Shown here one piece after another: positions 7,608 through 16,131 of a stretch of 21,364 nt of DNA. The notes beneath the pieces are model-generated. The model was not told where the DNA came from. It worked only from the letters and a program-made list of their open reading frames with translations, and made no database searches. Location: contig JBFEXS010000026.1 in the NCBI GenBank assembly GCA_041562555.1, positions 1 to 21,364 of the forward strand, written 5' to 3'. Each line of letters starts with the position of its first letter. The first letter of the stretch is position 1. Source of the DNA: Sulfurimonadaceae bacterium. GTDB taxonomy: Bacteria > Campylobacterota > Campylobacteria > Campylobacterales > Sulfurimonadaceae. Made by a program: the position numbers and the translations under genes.

Positions 7608-8114
7608 CTATAGAACCCTTCTGTCCAGGATATAATCGACGATCATATGAATAAATACAGGTATTTCCTGATTTGCATCTACGCTGAAATCTGCCAGTTC
7701 CCTATAGGTCTCAATGCGTTCGTCATAAAGAGCCCTTGCTCTGGCCTCATCTTGAAAAAGCGGACGTTTTGCCCGTTCTCTGTCGTTCAAGCGATGGACT
7801 ATCACATCAAAGTCTGCGTCGATATTGATAATCAGAGACTTGTCCGGTATCTTGCTATAGATAGGCACCCCACCTCCTGTGGCAATGATACGCCCTTTTT
7901 CCTGAGCCAGCGTATTAATGCACTCCTGCTCAAGCCGACGAAAAGCCTCCTCGCCTTTGTCGGCAAAGATCTCATTGATACTGCATCCCTGTTCTTTTTC
8001 AATCACTGTATCTACATCTACGAATTTTCTCAAAAGCTGTCGCGCCAAAGCCTTACCCACACTTGTCTTACCACTACCCATAAAGCCTATCAAAACAATA
8101 TTATCGTATACCAT
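7608..8114 (-). CDS. aroK: Shikimate kinase
   Basis: NIVLIGFMGSGKTSVG Walker A, FVDVD, GEEAFRRLE, IATGGG and RPL motifs. GAGGA RBS precedes ATG 8114. Confidence 0.95.
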   Translation of the reverse strand: MVYDNIVLIGFMGSGKTSVGKALARQLLRKFVDVDTVIEKEQGCSINEIFADKGEEAFRRLEQECINTLAQEKGRIIATGGGVPIYSKIPDKSLIINIDADFDVIVHRLNDRERAKRPLFQDEARARALYDERIETYRELADFSVDANQEIPVFIHMIVDYILDRRVL

Positions 8115-8175
8115 AGCTTCCTCTTTAAAGATATTTATTTTTCCGTGACTATACTGTAACACCCTTTATACGAGA

Positions 8176-8652
8176 TTAGGTCTTATAAATTTTTATATTG
8201 GGCAACATCTCTTTTATAGTCGTCGTGTCCGGTGGTACAAGAGGGTTGTTACTGATATCCAGATAGACCATCAATACAAAATGACTCAAGTCGGGAAGAC
8301 TGCGTAAGTTATTGTCATTGACTACAAGTTTTTTCAGACGTTTCTGTGACTTTATAACTGACAACTCTTCGATTTGGTTGTTTCCTAAAAAGATGAAGCG
8401 CAGTTTGGGCAGATCATTCAAGACAGTAATATCGTCTATACAGTTATCGCTCAAAGCCAATTTATGCAGGTTGGGCAGTTTTGCCAACAAAGAGATGTCT
8501 TTTATCCTGTTACGTGACAGAGAAAGAGCGCCTATCCATGTCAATGAGGTGATCTCATCAGGGATTGCCTCCAAACCAAGTCCGCTTAAGTCAAGGTAAT
8601 TCAAATTATCTTCTTTAGTCGCATGAATACGTCGTAATGCCTCTTGACTCAT
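8176..8652 (-). CDS. Short leucine-rich repeat protein
   Basis: About six LxxLxLxxNxI-type repeats of about 22 aa, after an N-cap EALRRI...LDLSGLGL. GGAGG RBS. Confidence 0.92.
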   Translation of the reverse strand: MSQEALRRIHATKEDNLNYLDLSGLGLEAIPDEITSLTWIGALSLSRNRIKDISLLAKLPNLHKLALSDNCIDDITVLNDLPKLRFIFLGNNQIEELSVIKSQKRLKKLVVNDNNLRSLPDLSHFVLMVYLDISNNPLVPPDTTTIKEMLPNIKIYKT

Positions 8653-8713
8653 GATCCTCCTTGATAAAACGACACCCTTCAGTAGTATGGCTGAAAAGGT
8701 TTCTGCTATTTCG

Positions 8714-8731
8714 AATTATAGCGCTATAATT
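8714..8731. promoter_or_regulatory. Palindromic back-to-back -10 elements (bidirectional promoter)
   Basis: The perfect 18-bp palindrome AATTATAGCGCTATAATT gives GCTATAAT on both strands between divergent genes. Confidence 0.65.
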
Positions 8732-8773
8732 GCGAAACTATTCTATCTACAGACAGACATGAAGGAAAAAGAT

Positions 8774-9106
8774 ATGGCTTTGGACAATTCACTCTATGAT
8801 TCGGTTGAAAACACCTATTTCAAGTTGAAAGAATATTTGGAATCAACGCAGCTCGGGCGGGAACATTCACCTATGATTTTAAAACAGGAAGAACTGGGGG
8901 AGTTGCTGGAACGTCTGGATATTGAAGCGATCGAAGAACAGACAAAAGACATCAATGCACTTCATGATCAGCTTGATGCCATAAAATCAATCTCTGACGG
9001 GATTAGAGCAGATCTTCAACATATCACTGACTCTGTCACACTTTCTGAGAAAGTCGTACATGATCTTGAGATCGTATTTGATAAGATCAATGAACTGATC
9101 GTATGA
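8774..9106 (+). CDS. Hypothetical helical/coiled-coil protein (110 aa)
   Basis: GAAGGA RBS precedes ATG 8774. The sequence is acidic with a heptad-like pattern. Confidence 0.75.
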   Translation: MALDNSLYDSVENTYFKLKEYLESTQLGREHSPMILKQEELGELLERLDIEAIEEQTKDINALHDQLDAIKSISDGIRADLQHITDSVTLSEKVVHDLEIVFDKINELIV

Positions 9107-9125
9107 TCAATGCCAAAAAAATAAC

Positions 9126-9734
9126 ATGACATATACTCACGCATTAGGCCTGTTGGCACAGTTCATCCTTGCTGTTTCCATCCTGCCTTATTCTATCAGC
9201 ATCTTTCGTGGCACCGTCAAGCCCAACCGTATTTCCTGGTTTATCTGGAGTGTTATCGGCCTGGCTTTTTGGTTGGTCACCCCGCCGACAGCCGATGAAG
9301 TCACCAAGATGTTAACCGTCATCTTTATGGTCAACCCTGCCATAATCTTTATCCTGACACTGTTTAAAGGAGAGTACCTCAGACCTGATAGGCTTGAAAT
9401 TTTCTCCCTCGTCATCGGGCTGATAGCCATCGCCGTATGGTACCTATTGCGAGAAAGCTCAGGTATACTCCCCATAAGCATTGCCATCTTTGCGGACTTT
9501 TGTGCTCTTTTGCCGACCATCCGTTTTGTCTTTGACGCCCCGGATGAAGAGAAACCCCTGGCATGGATATTCTTTTTTCTTGGCTCCTTCATCGCTCTGT
9601 TTGGCATAGATGATTACCATCTCGAAAGTCTACTCCTGCCATTATATATGACGATCGGGGCATCCTTTGTCGTCTTTCCTCTGGTACGCTACAGGATACA
9701 GAAAAGAATACCACTCAAAGAGTGGATTATCTAG
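9126..9734 (+). CDS. Uncharacterised multi-pass membrane protein
   Basis: About seven hydrophobic segments. The two halves show internal similarity (ILPYSISIFRG..KPN..SW / LLPTIRFVFDAP.EE...AW), reminiscent of PQ-loop/SWEET-type repeats. Confidence 0.8.
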   Translation: MTYTHALGLLAQFILAVSILPYSISIFRGTVKPNRISWFIWSVIGLAFWLVTPPTADEVTKMLTVIFMVNPAIIFILTLFKGEYLRPDRLEIFSLVIGLIAIAVWYLLRESSGILPISIAIFADFCALLPTIRFVFDAPDEEKPLAWIFFFLGSFIALFGIDDYHLESLLLPLYMTIGASFVVFPLVRYRIQKRIPLKEWII

Positions 9735-9744
9735 TCCTCGTTAT

Positions 9745-10668
9745 CTAGGATTTTTTGAGTAGTTCTCTGGCCGCCCATTGTGCGAACTCCGTACGGGTAC
9801 AGCTGTCACTCTGCCCGTACTCAAGCCCTTCCGCACAACGGTAGATGATGAGATCGTTCTTAGGGTTGGGATTTGGCGCTTCATCGATAACCTGACGTAC
9901 GGACCATTCGTTCCCATGCTTCCCATTGGTATAATAGTGTCCCAGTTTGATCTCACTTACGCTTAACTTATCCTGTTCAGCGTGTTGAAGCGTTAGTGCG
10001 AAGAGACGCTCCAGATCATCGATGGTAACATCAACAACGAGGTCCATGTCTTTCATAGCCTGTTCGATATACTTGCTGCGCAAAGAAGAACTGACCGACT
10101 CTTTTAGGCTCATCTCCTTTTCTCTGAAGCGCATCATGCTGATAGGATAACGACGCCAGTCAAACATACTGTTGAAGATGACTGCGATAATGAACATGCC
10201 CAGCACATTGATGAAGACAGGCGAGACCACATACATATACCCCAGATCATGAATCGCCGGTCCACCTACGACAGCCACAAGTGCTGTAGCACCTCCGGGA
10301 GGATGAATGCTGTTTAGAAGATGCATCATCCCTATAGACAAGCCAACAGCCAGGCCGGCAGCCACAAAAAGATTGGGTACCAAGATATAACAGCTCACAC
10401 CGATGAACGCGGACATCAGGTTCCCCATGAAAAGCGCCCAAGGCTGGGATAAGGCACCGTGTGGGATTGCAAAGAGCAAGACAGCAGCCGCACCCATTGA
10501 AGGCACCAAAAAGATGGCACCCTCAAGGCCGATAAGAAGATAGCTGATATAAAAGGTGATAGAGATGCCAAAAACGGCACCGATTGTAGCAACTATTTTT
10601 TCGCTATTACTCGTTCTGGAGCGTTCTATCGCAAAAAAGGTCTTGAGTCTCAGGAGCGTTTCGTTCAC
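9745..10668 (-). CDS. HPP family membrane protein with a C-terminal soluble extension
   Basis: PSMGAAAVLLFAIPHGALSQPW and IHPPGGATAL signatures. The GTG start lies 2 nt after the upstream gene's stop. Confidence 0.92.
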   Translation of the reverse strand: MNETLLRLKTFFAIERSRTSNSEKIVATIGAVFGISITFYISYLLIGLEGAIFLVPSMGAAAVLLFAIPHGALSQPWALFMGNLMSAFIGVSCYILVPNLFVAAGLAVGLSIGMMHLLNSIHPPGGATALVAVVGGPAIHDLGYMYVVSPVFINVLGMFIIAVIFNSMFDWRRYPISMMRFREKEMSLKESVSSSLRSKYIEQAMKDMDLVVDVTIDDLERLFALTLQHAEQDKLSVSEIKLGHYYTNGKHGNEWSVRQVIDEAPNPNPKNDLIIYRCAEGLEYGQSDSCTRTEFAQWAARELLKKS

Positions 10669-10670
10669 GT

Positions 10671-11132
10671 TTAAAATTCTATTTGCGGTTCTTTGGATTT
10701 TTGTATGAAGAGCAGGACATTGGTAACACAGTACTGATCCATCTCGTCGATCCCGCCATGCTCATATTCCAGGAGATAATCAAAACCCTCAAGTGTGGTG
10801 TTCTTGACCTTGTTCAAGTGTACGACGTATAGCAAAAGATCAGCCAGATCACTCACCGGTATGATCTCTCTATATTTTTTCCCATATTCATCGATATAGG
10901 TCTCGACGATATCTTCATCGGACATCAACAATATCCAAAGGATGACATTATCAATTGTTTCCGGTGCATTGACTTTTTTTAAAAAACCCTCATACAACTC
11001 TTGGTTTTCGGAGAGTTCTTCAAGCTGCTCATCTACCTGTGCTTTTAAGAAATCGATTCTCTCATCCGTCAGTTTGTTGTTTCTGTAATCGTCCAATACT
11101 TGTTCGGCGATCTGATAGGTGTGCATATTCAT
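10671..11132 (-). CDS. Hypothetical acidic protein (153 aa)
   Basis: Long ORF, adjacent to and co-oriented with the HPP gene. Confidence 0.8.
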   Translation of the reverse strand: MNMHTYQIAEQVLDDYRNNKLTDERIDFLKAQVDEQLEELSENQELYEGFLKKVNAPETIDNVILWILLMSDEDIVETYIDEYGKKYREIIPVSDLADLLLYVVHLNKVKNTTLEGFDYLLEYEHGGIDEMDQYCVTNVLLFIQKSKEPQIEF

Positions 11133-11304
11133 GGTTTCTCTTTTATATTTTAATATGAAATTATACAGGTCTTTATGTAGAACCTATTTAAACCTTGTGC
11201 AAAATGATTAGATTCTTTTACTATGCATTGTTTCACCCAACTCATATATAATACGAAAAAACTCGACAGCCCTGTTATTTGAGTGATGTTAATTAGGATA
11301 GAAG

Positions 11305-13014
11305 ATGAAAACAGTAGACAAAGGCCAAACGAAAGTGAGAACACTCAAGGAACTGGCCTTATTGGCAGATTATTCACTGATGGACACCCTTAAGCGTGAC
11401 CCCGATGCGACAAGAGACGGAATCGACCATGCACCTAGACAGGTCTTTTCCGGACACTATGTACCTGTAAACCCTACTCCCATTGACAGACCTGAGTATA
11501 TTGCCCATAGCAAGACATTTTTCAGTGAACTGGGTCTGGATGACAGCCTGGCTCAGTCAGAGGATTTCATGCGTATGTTTTCAGGTGATACGGCCCAGTT
11601 GCCTGAACCATTACGACAACACGGATGGGCGACAGGCTACGCCCTCTCTATTTACGGGACGGAATATTATGATCAATGCCCTTTTAAAACAGGAAACGGT
11701 TATGGTGACGGCCGAGCCGTCTCTATCCTTGAAGCGGTGATCAACGGAAAGCGATGGGAGATGCAGCTCAAAGGTGGCGGACGAACACCCTATTGCCGAG
11801 GCGCTGACGGCCGTGCAGTTTTGCGCTCAAGCGTTCGTGAGTTCCTGGCTCAGGAGCATATGTATGCCTTGGGCATTGAGACATCGCGTTCACTGACACT
11901 CTATACATCCAGGACTGAGAAGGTCAAGCGTCCATGGTTTCTCAACGGATCTTACTCCAGAGACCCGGAAGTCATGATCGAAGAGGATGTAGCCATCACG
12001 ACGCGTGTCGCACCCTCTTTTCTTCGTGTAGGTCAACTTGAGCTTTTCGGTCGACGTGCGCGCAAAGGTGAACATCCAAACGCACGGGAAGAGCTTGAGC
12101 AGATCGTGCTGCATATCATCGACCGTGAATACAGCGAAGAGATCGATCAAAACCTGCCTCTTAACAAAAAAGTCATCCTTCTTGCACAGGAGTTTCGCTC
12201 CCGTCTCACATCCCTTGTGGCAAACTGGATACGTGTAGGCTACTGTCAGGGGAACTTTAACAGTGACAATACGGCTCTTGGAGGCTTCACCCTAGATTAT
12301 GGGCCGTTTGGCTTTATGGATATGTTCGATCCGAGGTACCAGCCATGGACCGGTGGCGGTGTGCACTTCTCCTTTTTGAACCAACCCGTAGCAGCGGAAC
12401 GAAACTTTCATATGTTCTGTACTGCTCTGCTCCCCCTTCTGGCAGGAGACAAAGAAGAGCTTGATCAACTTGATGAGATCAGAAGCGGCTTTTCCAAAGT
12501 GATGCAGGCACGTATGATCAAGATGTGGTCTTCCAAACTGGGTCTTAAAAAATTTGACACGGAGCTCTTCAACGAACTTATTGTGCTAATGATAGACACC
12601 TCTGTGGATTACACGATCTTCTTCCGTGAGCTCTCCTGCATACCGGACACTATCGAACCTCTTGTCAAAAGCTTTTACGGGGACGCTATCTATGAGGAAA
12701 AGCTTCGTGAAAGATGGTCGCAGTGGCTGGAAAAATGGAGATCATCGATCAATGCTGACACATCGAAATCCCGGGACCTTCTTTCCGAGCAGATGAAAAG
12801 GATCAATCCGAAATATACTTTGCGGGAGTGGTTCCTCGTACCTGCCTATAAAGCCGCCGAACAGGGTGATTATAGCCTTATTAAAGAGTTGCAGGAAGTG
12901 ATGAACAAGCCTTATGACGAGCAATCCAAAGAAGTTGAAGAGAAGTACTATAAAGAGAAACCTTCCCACCTGTTTGACATCGCCGGGGTATCCCATGTGA
13001 GCTGTTCCTCATAA
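11305..13014 (+). CDS. selO: Protein adenylyltransferase SelO/YdiU family
   Basis: [63 protein letters not shown] and C-terminal SCSS. Confidence 0.95.
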   Translation: MKTVDKGQTKVRTLKELALLADYSLMDTLKRDPDATRDGIDHAPRQVFSGHYVPVNPTPIDRPEYIAHSKTFFSELGLDDSLAQSEDFMRMFSGDTAQLPEPLRQHGWATGYALSIYGTEYYDQCPFKTGNGYGDGRAVSILEAVINGKRWEMQLKGGGRTPYCRGADGRAVLRSSVREFLAQEHMYALGIETSRSLTLYTSRTEKVKRPWFLNGSYSRDPEVMIEEDVAITTRVAPSFLRVGQLELFGRRARKGEHPNAREELEQIVLHIIDREYSEEIDQNLPLNKKVILLAQEFRSRLTSLVANWIRVGYCQGNFNSDNTALGGFTLDYGPFGFMDMFDPRYQPWTGGGVHFSFLNQPVAAERNFHMFCTALLPLLAGDKEELDQLDEIRSGFSKVMQARMIKMWSSKLGLKKFDTELFNELIVLMIDTSVDYTIFFRELSCIPDTIEPLVKSFYGDAIYEEKLRERWSQWLEKWRSSINADTSKSRDLLSEQMKRINPKYTLREWFLVPAYKAAEQGDYSLIKELQEVMNKPYDEQSKEVEEKYYKEKPSHLFDIAGVSHVSCSS

Positions 13015-13075
13015 TATTTCATGGGATAATATTCACATAAAAATACACAGTGAGTATACTGGATAAAGAGGTACT

Positions 13076-13297
13076 ATGAAGAAGGTCATTACAGAATCGA
13101 CGATCACTTGCCCTCTTTGCGGGCACAGTGAGTTGGAAACAATGCCTACAGATGCCTGCCAATGGTTTTACACATGCAAGGGATGCGGTGAAATCCTTAA
13201 GCCAAAAAGGGGAGATTGCTGCGTTTTTTGCTCCTATGGAACCGTGCCATGCCCGCCCATACAACAGAACACCTCCTGTTGCGACTCACCAGAGTAA
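13076..13297 (+). CDS. GDCCVxC-domain small Cys-rich protein
   Basis: STITCPLCG..E.MPTDACQWFYTCKGCG..LKPK.GDCCVFCSYG.VPCPPIQ. GAGG RBS. Confidence 0.93.
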   Translation: MKKVITESTITCPLCGHSELETMPTDACQWFYTCKGCGEILKPKRGDCCVFCSYGTVPCPPIQQNTSCCDSPE

Positions 13298-13318
13298 ATT
13301 TGACGGCTTTATCAAACC

Positions 13319-13528
13319 TCAAGTGATATTTTCCACTAAATCATTGTCCGTAGGATAACCTGCCACCTCATAGCCGTCCTCGTCAAAAAAGTGTTTCTTC
13401 CCTGTATCCATACTGATACAGACCAGAGGATACTCATCGTCCTCCCGTATCTCCTTGATGACAAATCGATGACCCATGCGTGTCTTCCAGCGCTGTCCTG
13501 TTTTAAACTCTAAGTATTCGTATGTCAC
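13319..13528 (-). CDS. Hypothetical small beta-rich protein (69 aa)
   Basis: GTG start 5 nt after the stop of the upstream co-oriented ORF. Protein-like composition. Confidence 0.7.
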   Translation of the reverse strand: MTYEYLEFKTGQRWKTRMGHRFVIKEIREDDEYPLVCISMDTGKKHFFDEDGYEVAGYPTDNDLVENIT

Positions 13529-13533
13529 GCTGT

Positions 13534-13863
13534 TTAGTCGTCGTTATGCAGTTGTCCCGTAAACTCAAAACCAAACTTCATCTTATTGGCTATCTCTTCT
13601 TCGACTTCTTCGATCTGGTCTTCTGTTCGGCTCTCTACCTGATCGATAAAAAAGCGATAATGGTCTTCACGTCTAAAGGTATGTACCTTATACTCTTTGT
13701 CTTTGCCATGCTCTTGCTGAAACTTTTCAAGGCCATCTTCCCATGCAAAAGTCAGCTCACACTCAATCGTTCTCTCTTCATCCTCATCAGGAAGGGTATA
13801 CTTGAATTCCACTTCTTCGTCATAGGTAATTACTTCGTAAACCTTTTGTGCAGTCGTTGACAT
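13534..13863 (-). CDS. Hypothetical acidic protein (109 aa)
   Basis: GGAG RBS and an upstream GGCTATAA promoter-like motif. Confidence 0.8.
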   Translation of the reverse strand: MSTTAQKVYEVITYDEEVEFKYTLPDEDEERTIECELTFAWEDGLEKFQQEHGKDKEYKVHTFRREDHYRFFIDQVESRTEDQIEEVEEEIANKMKFGFEFTGQLHNDD

Positions 13864-13989
13864 TACACTCTCTCCGTTAATAAAATATTTTTATGTGGAT
13901 TTATAGCCAATATAACTGTATATTTGATAAGTTTTTAGAGTACTTCTTCTAATTAAATGTATATATAATCTCTAGATAAAAGTAGGGAT

Positions 13990-16077
13990 TCATTCATGGG
14001 ATATGTCCATCAGCTCTCTGACAAGTTTTTTGATGAACGGTCGTTGCACCCCATCTATGTCAACTGTCTCCAAATCAACACTGAAACGACAATGTTCTCC
14101 CATCGGTGTTATAACGGTAAGATCGTCTGCACCGGCAGCTGATGCCATTGTATGCCGAAGGAAATGCGGACCATATCTGCGTTCGGGCAGTTGGGTGTTA
14201 ATGAACGTCTCGATATTTTCCCTGTCACTAATCTCACCAAAGGCTGAAGCGGTAAACCAAGTACCATGAGGGTGAAACAATGACGCAGCAGCATGACCGT
14301 CACGTCTATCGACACAATCCAGGAACTTCATCAAGAGCAACCTCTTTGAATGACGTGGTGCATAACTCGTATGCAACAGTTCCTTGGCTTGATTCGAGTT
14401 AGGCTCTATCAGTTCTTTCTCATATAGATTCTGCACATCACGGTTCTCAAATGAACGTCTTAGCGGTGAACCTTTGTCTATCGCATAGATGGCCTGCATG
14501 CGTTTTTGTAAAATGTGAGGGTCCATCGATTTTGGCTCTCCTCCTCCGCCCAGACAACCGCCGACGCAGGCCATCACTTCTATGGCGACAAACTCCTCCC
14601 GCCATGTCTCACTCTCGAGCATCTCTTGTGCTGCAGCTATCCCGTTACAGATAGCCACTTTTCCTACACCCGGGACCTCTGCTGTTTTAACAAGTTCCTT
14701 AACACCGCGAAGCTGATGCCAATCGACCTTGATATTGTCGCTGTGACCGGCAAGATGTAATGCCGTTCGCACCATGGCTTCCATAACACCCCCTGATGCA
14801 CCAAATATCTGAGCAGCTCCGGTACTTTCGCCCAAAGGATTGTCAAACGTGCCGTCAGTTGGCAGCGAACCAAAGGCAATACCTCTTGCCCGTATCATTC
14901 GTGCCAACTCCCGTGTAGTAATACTGTGATCTACGTCTTCGGATACGCCGGGTCTTTCGGATTCATCTTTTTTTGCCGTACAGGGCATCACGCTTACCAC
15001 ATAAGGCTCGACATCTCCTTCAGCAAACTCAGGGCCCAAAGAACGGGCAAAAGCTCCGCGTTTTGTCAGTGCCCCATGCATCTGCTGGGGTGATTTGGTC
15101 GTACTGAGATGGGGCAGGATGTCAGGCCGGTTGATCTCGACCCAGTTCACCCATCCCGGACAGCACGAGGTAAAAAGGGGTAGATCTTTGCCTCTTTTGA
15201 GTCGGGACAAGAACTCGGCACCCTCTTCCATGATGGTAAGATCTGCCGCAAAATTAGTATCAAACACATAATCGAAACCCAAAGCCCTGAGTGCATTGAT
15301 CAGCCTCCCCGTACTGACAGTCCCGGGCTTCATCCCAAACTCTTCACTGATGGCAATACGCGTTGCAGGAGCTACTTGGACGACTGAAGTCCGTCTTCCG
15401 TTATCGAGTGTATGCAGGACATCATGCCAATGGGGTGATTCGATCAGTGCGCCTGAGGGACAGACCAGTGTGCACTGACCGCAGGAGATACAGTTGGTGT
15501 CTGCTAAAGACTGGTCAAACACCGTAACAGGCAGACGATCCGACCCTGACTCGGCAAAGGCAATGACATGTTGTTTCTGTCCGGCTTCACCACATGCTTC
15601 AACGCATAGACCGCACTCTATACATTTTGACAATTCACGCCAAATGCTCGGTGAAGTGTGATCCAGCAGTTTATGTTCAGGATGTTCTGCTGAGCCCATC
15701 GGGATCTTTTCCCAGCGGTCTTCCCACTGGTTTTCATTCACCAGGTTTTGAAATTGACAATTACCGTTGACTTCACAATGAATACAATCATTGGGATGAC
15801 GGGCAAGCAGGAATTGTGCATCTGCTTTTCGAAACTCTTGCAGTTCCTTGGAATCCGTTTGTATAACATCACCATCTTCTGCCTTGGTCACACAGGCGGG
15901 TTGGGGATGTGAACCGTTATTGACATCAACCAGGCACATCCGACATACGGCATGTGATGGCAGACGGGGATAGTAACACAGAGTGGGAATATGTATACCG
16001 GCAGACCTTGCGGCATCAAGTATGGTAGTGCCCTCTTCTACCTCGACCGATCTATCATTTATGGTAAGTTTGATCAT
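13990..16077 (-). CDS. hydA: Monomeric [FeFe]-hydrogenase (group A, CpI-like M3 architecture) with a C-terminal SnoaL/NTF2-like domain
   Basis: [2Fe-2S] motif C-x10-C-x2-C-x13-C. His-ligated cluster HPNDCIHCEVNGNC. Two [4Fe-4S] motifs, CIECGLCVEAC and CISCGQCTLVCP. H-cluster motifs FTSCCPGW, MPCTAKKDE and EVMACVGGCLGGGGEP. Fused small-subunit region ending LLHTSY. GGAG RBS precedes ATG 16077 (alternative start 16092). Confidence 0.95.
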   Translation of the reverse strand: MIKLTINDRSVEVEEGTTILDAARSAGIHIPTLCYYPRLPSHAVCRMCLVDVNNGSHPQPACVTKAEDGDVIQTDSKELQEFRKADAQFLLARHPNDCIHCEVNGNCQFQNLVNENQWEDRWEKIPMGSAEHPEHKLLDHTSPSIWRELSKCIECGLCVEACGEAGQKQHVIAFAESGSDRLPVTVFDQSLADTNCISCGQCTLVCPSGALIESPHWHDVLHTLDNGRRTSVVQVAPATRIAISEEFGMKPGTVSTGRLINALRALGFDYVFDTNFAADLTIMEEGAEFLSRLKRGKDLPLFTSCCPGWVNWVEINRPDILPHLSTTKSPQQMHGALTKRGAFARSLGPEFAEGDVEPYVVSVMPCTAKKDESERPGVSEDVDHSITTRELARMIRARGIAFGSLPTDGTFDNPLGESTGAAQIFGASGGVMEAMVRTALHLAGHSDNIKVDWHQLRGVKELVKTAEVPGVGKVAICNGIAAAQEMLESETWREEFVAIEVMACVGGCLGGGGEPKSMDPHILQKRMQAIYAIDKGSPLRRSFENRDVQNLYEKELIEPNSNQAKELLHTSYAPRHSKRLLLMKFLDCVDRRDGHAAASLFHPHGTWFTASAFGEISDRENIETFINTQLPERRYGPHFLRHTMASAAGADDLTVITPMGEHCRFSVDLETVDIDGVQRPFIKKLVRELMDISHE

Positions 16078-16131
16078 ATCCGCACACTCCATCCAAAGAT
16101 ATTAAACTATGCTTTTTTCTGACAATATCTC

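Noticed and set aside
7647..8159. 170-aa plus-strand ORF, and similar antisense ORFs at 4861-5181, 9188-9607, 13522-13860 and within selO and hydA
   Set aside because: Each lies opposite a better-supported gene and lacks family motifs.
12990..13297. Selenocysteine recoding in SelO or the GDCCVxC protein
   Set aside because: Both end in TAA and have no in-frame TGA. The SelO C-terminus is encoded as Cys (TGT).
13990..16077. Alternative call as NuoG/formate dehydrogenase or a Nar1-like non-catalytic protein
   Set aside because: The N-terminus is shared with NuoG, but all three H-cluster motifs and the proton-transfer residues are present and there is no molybdopterin domain.
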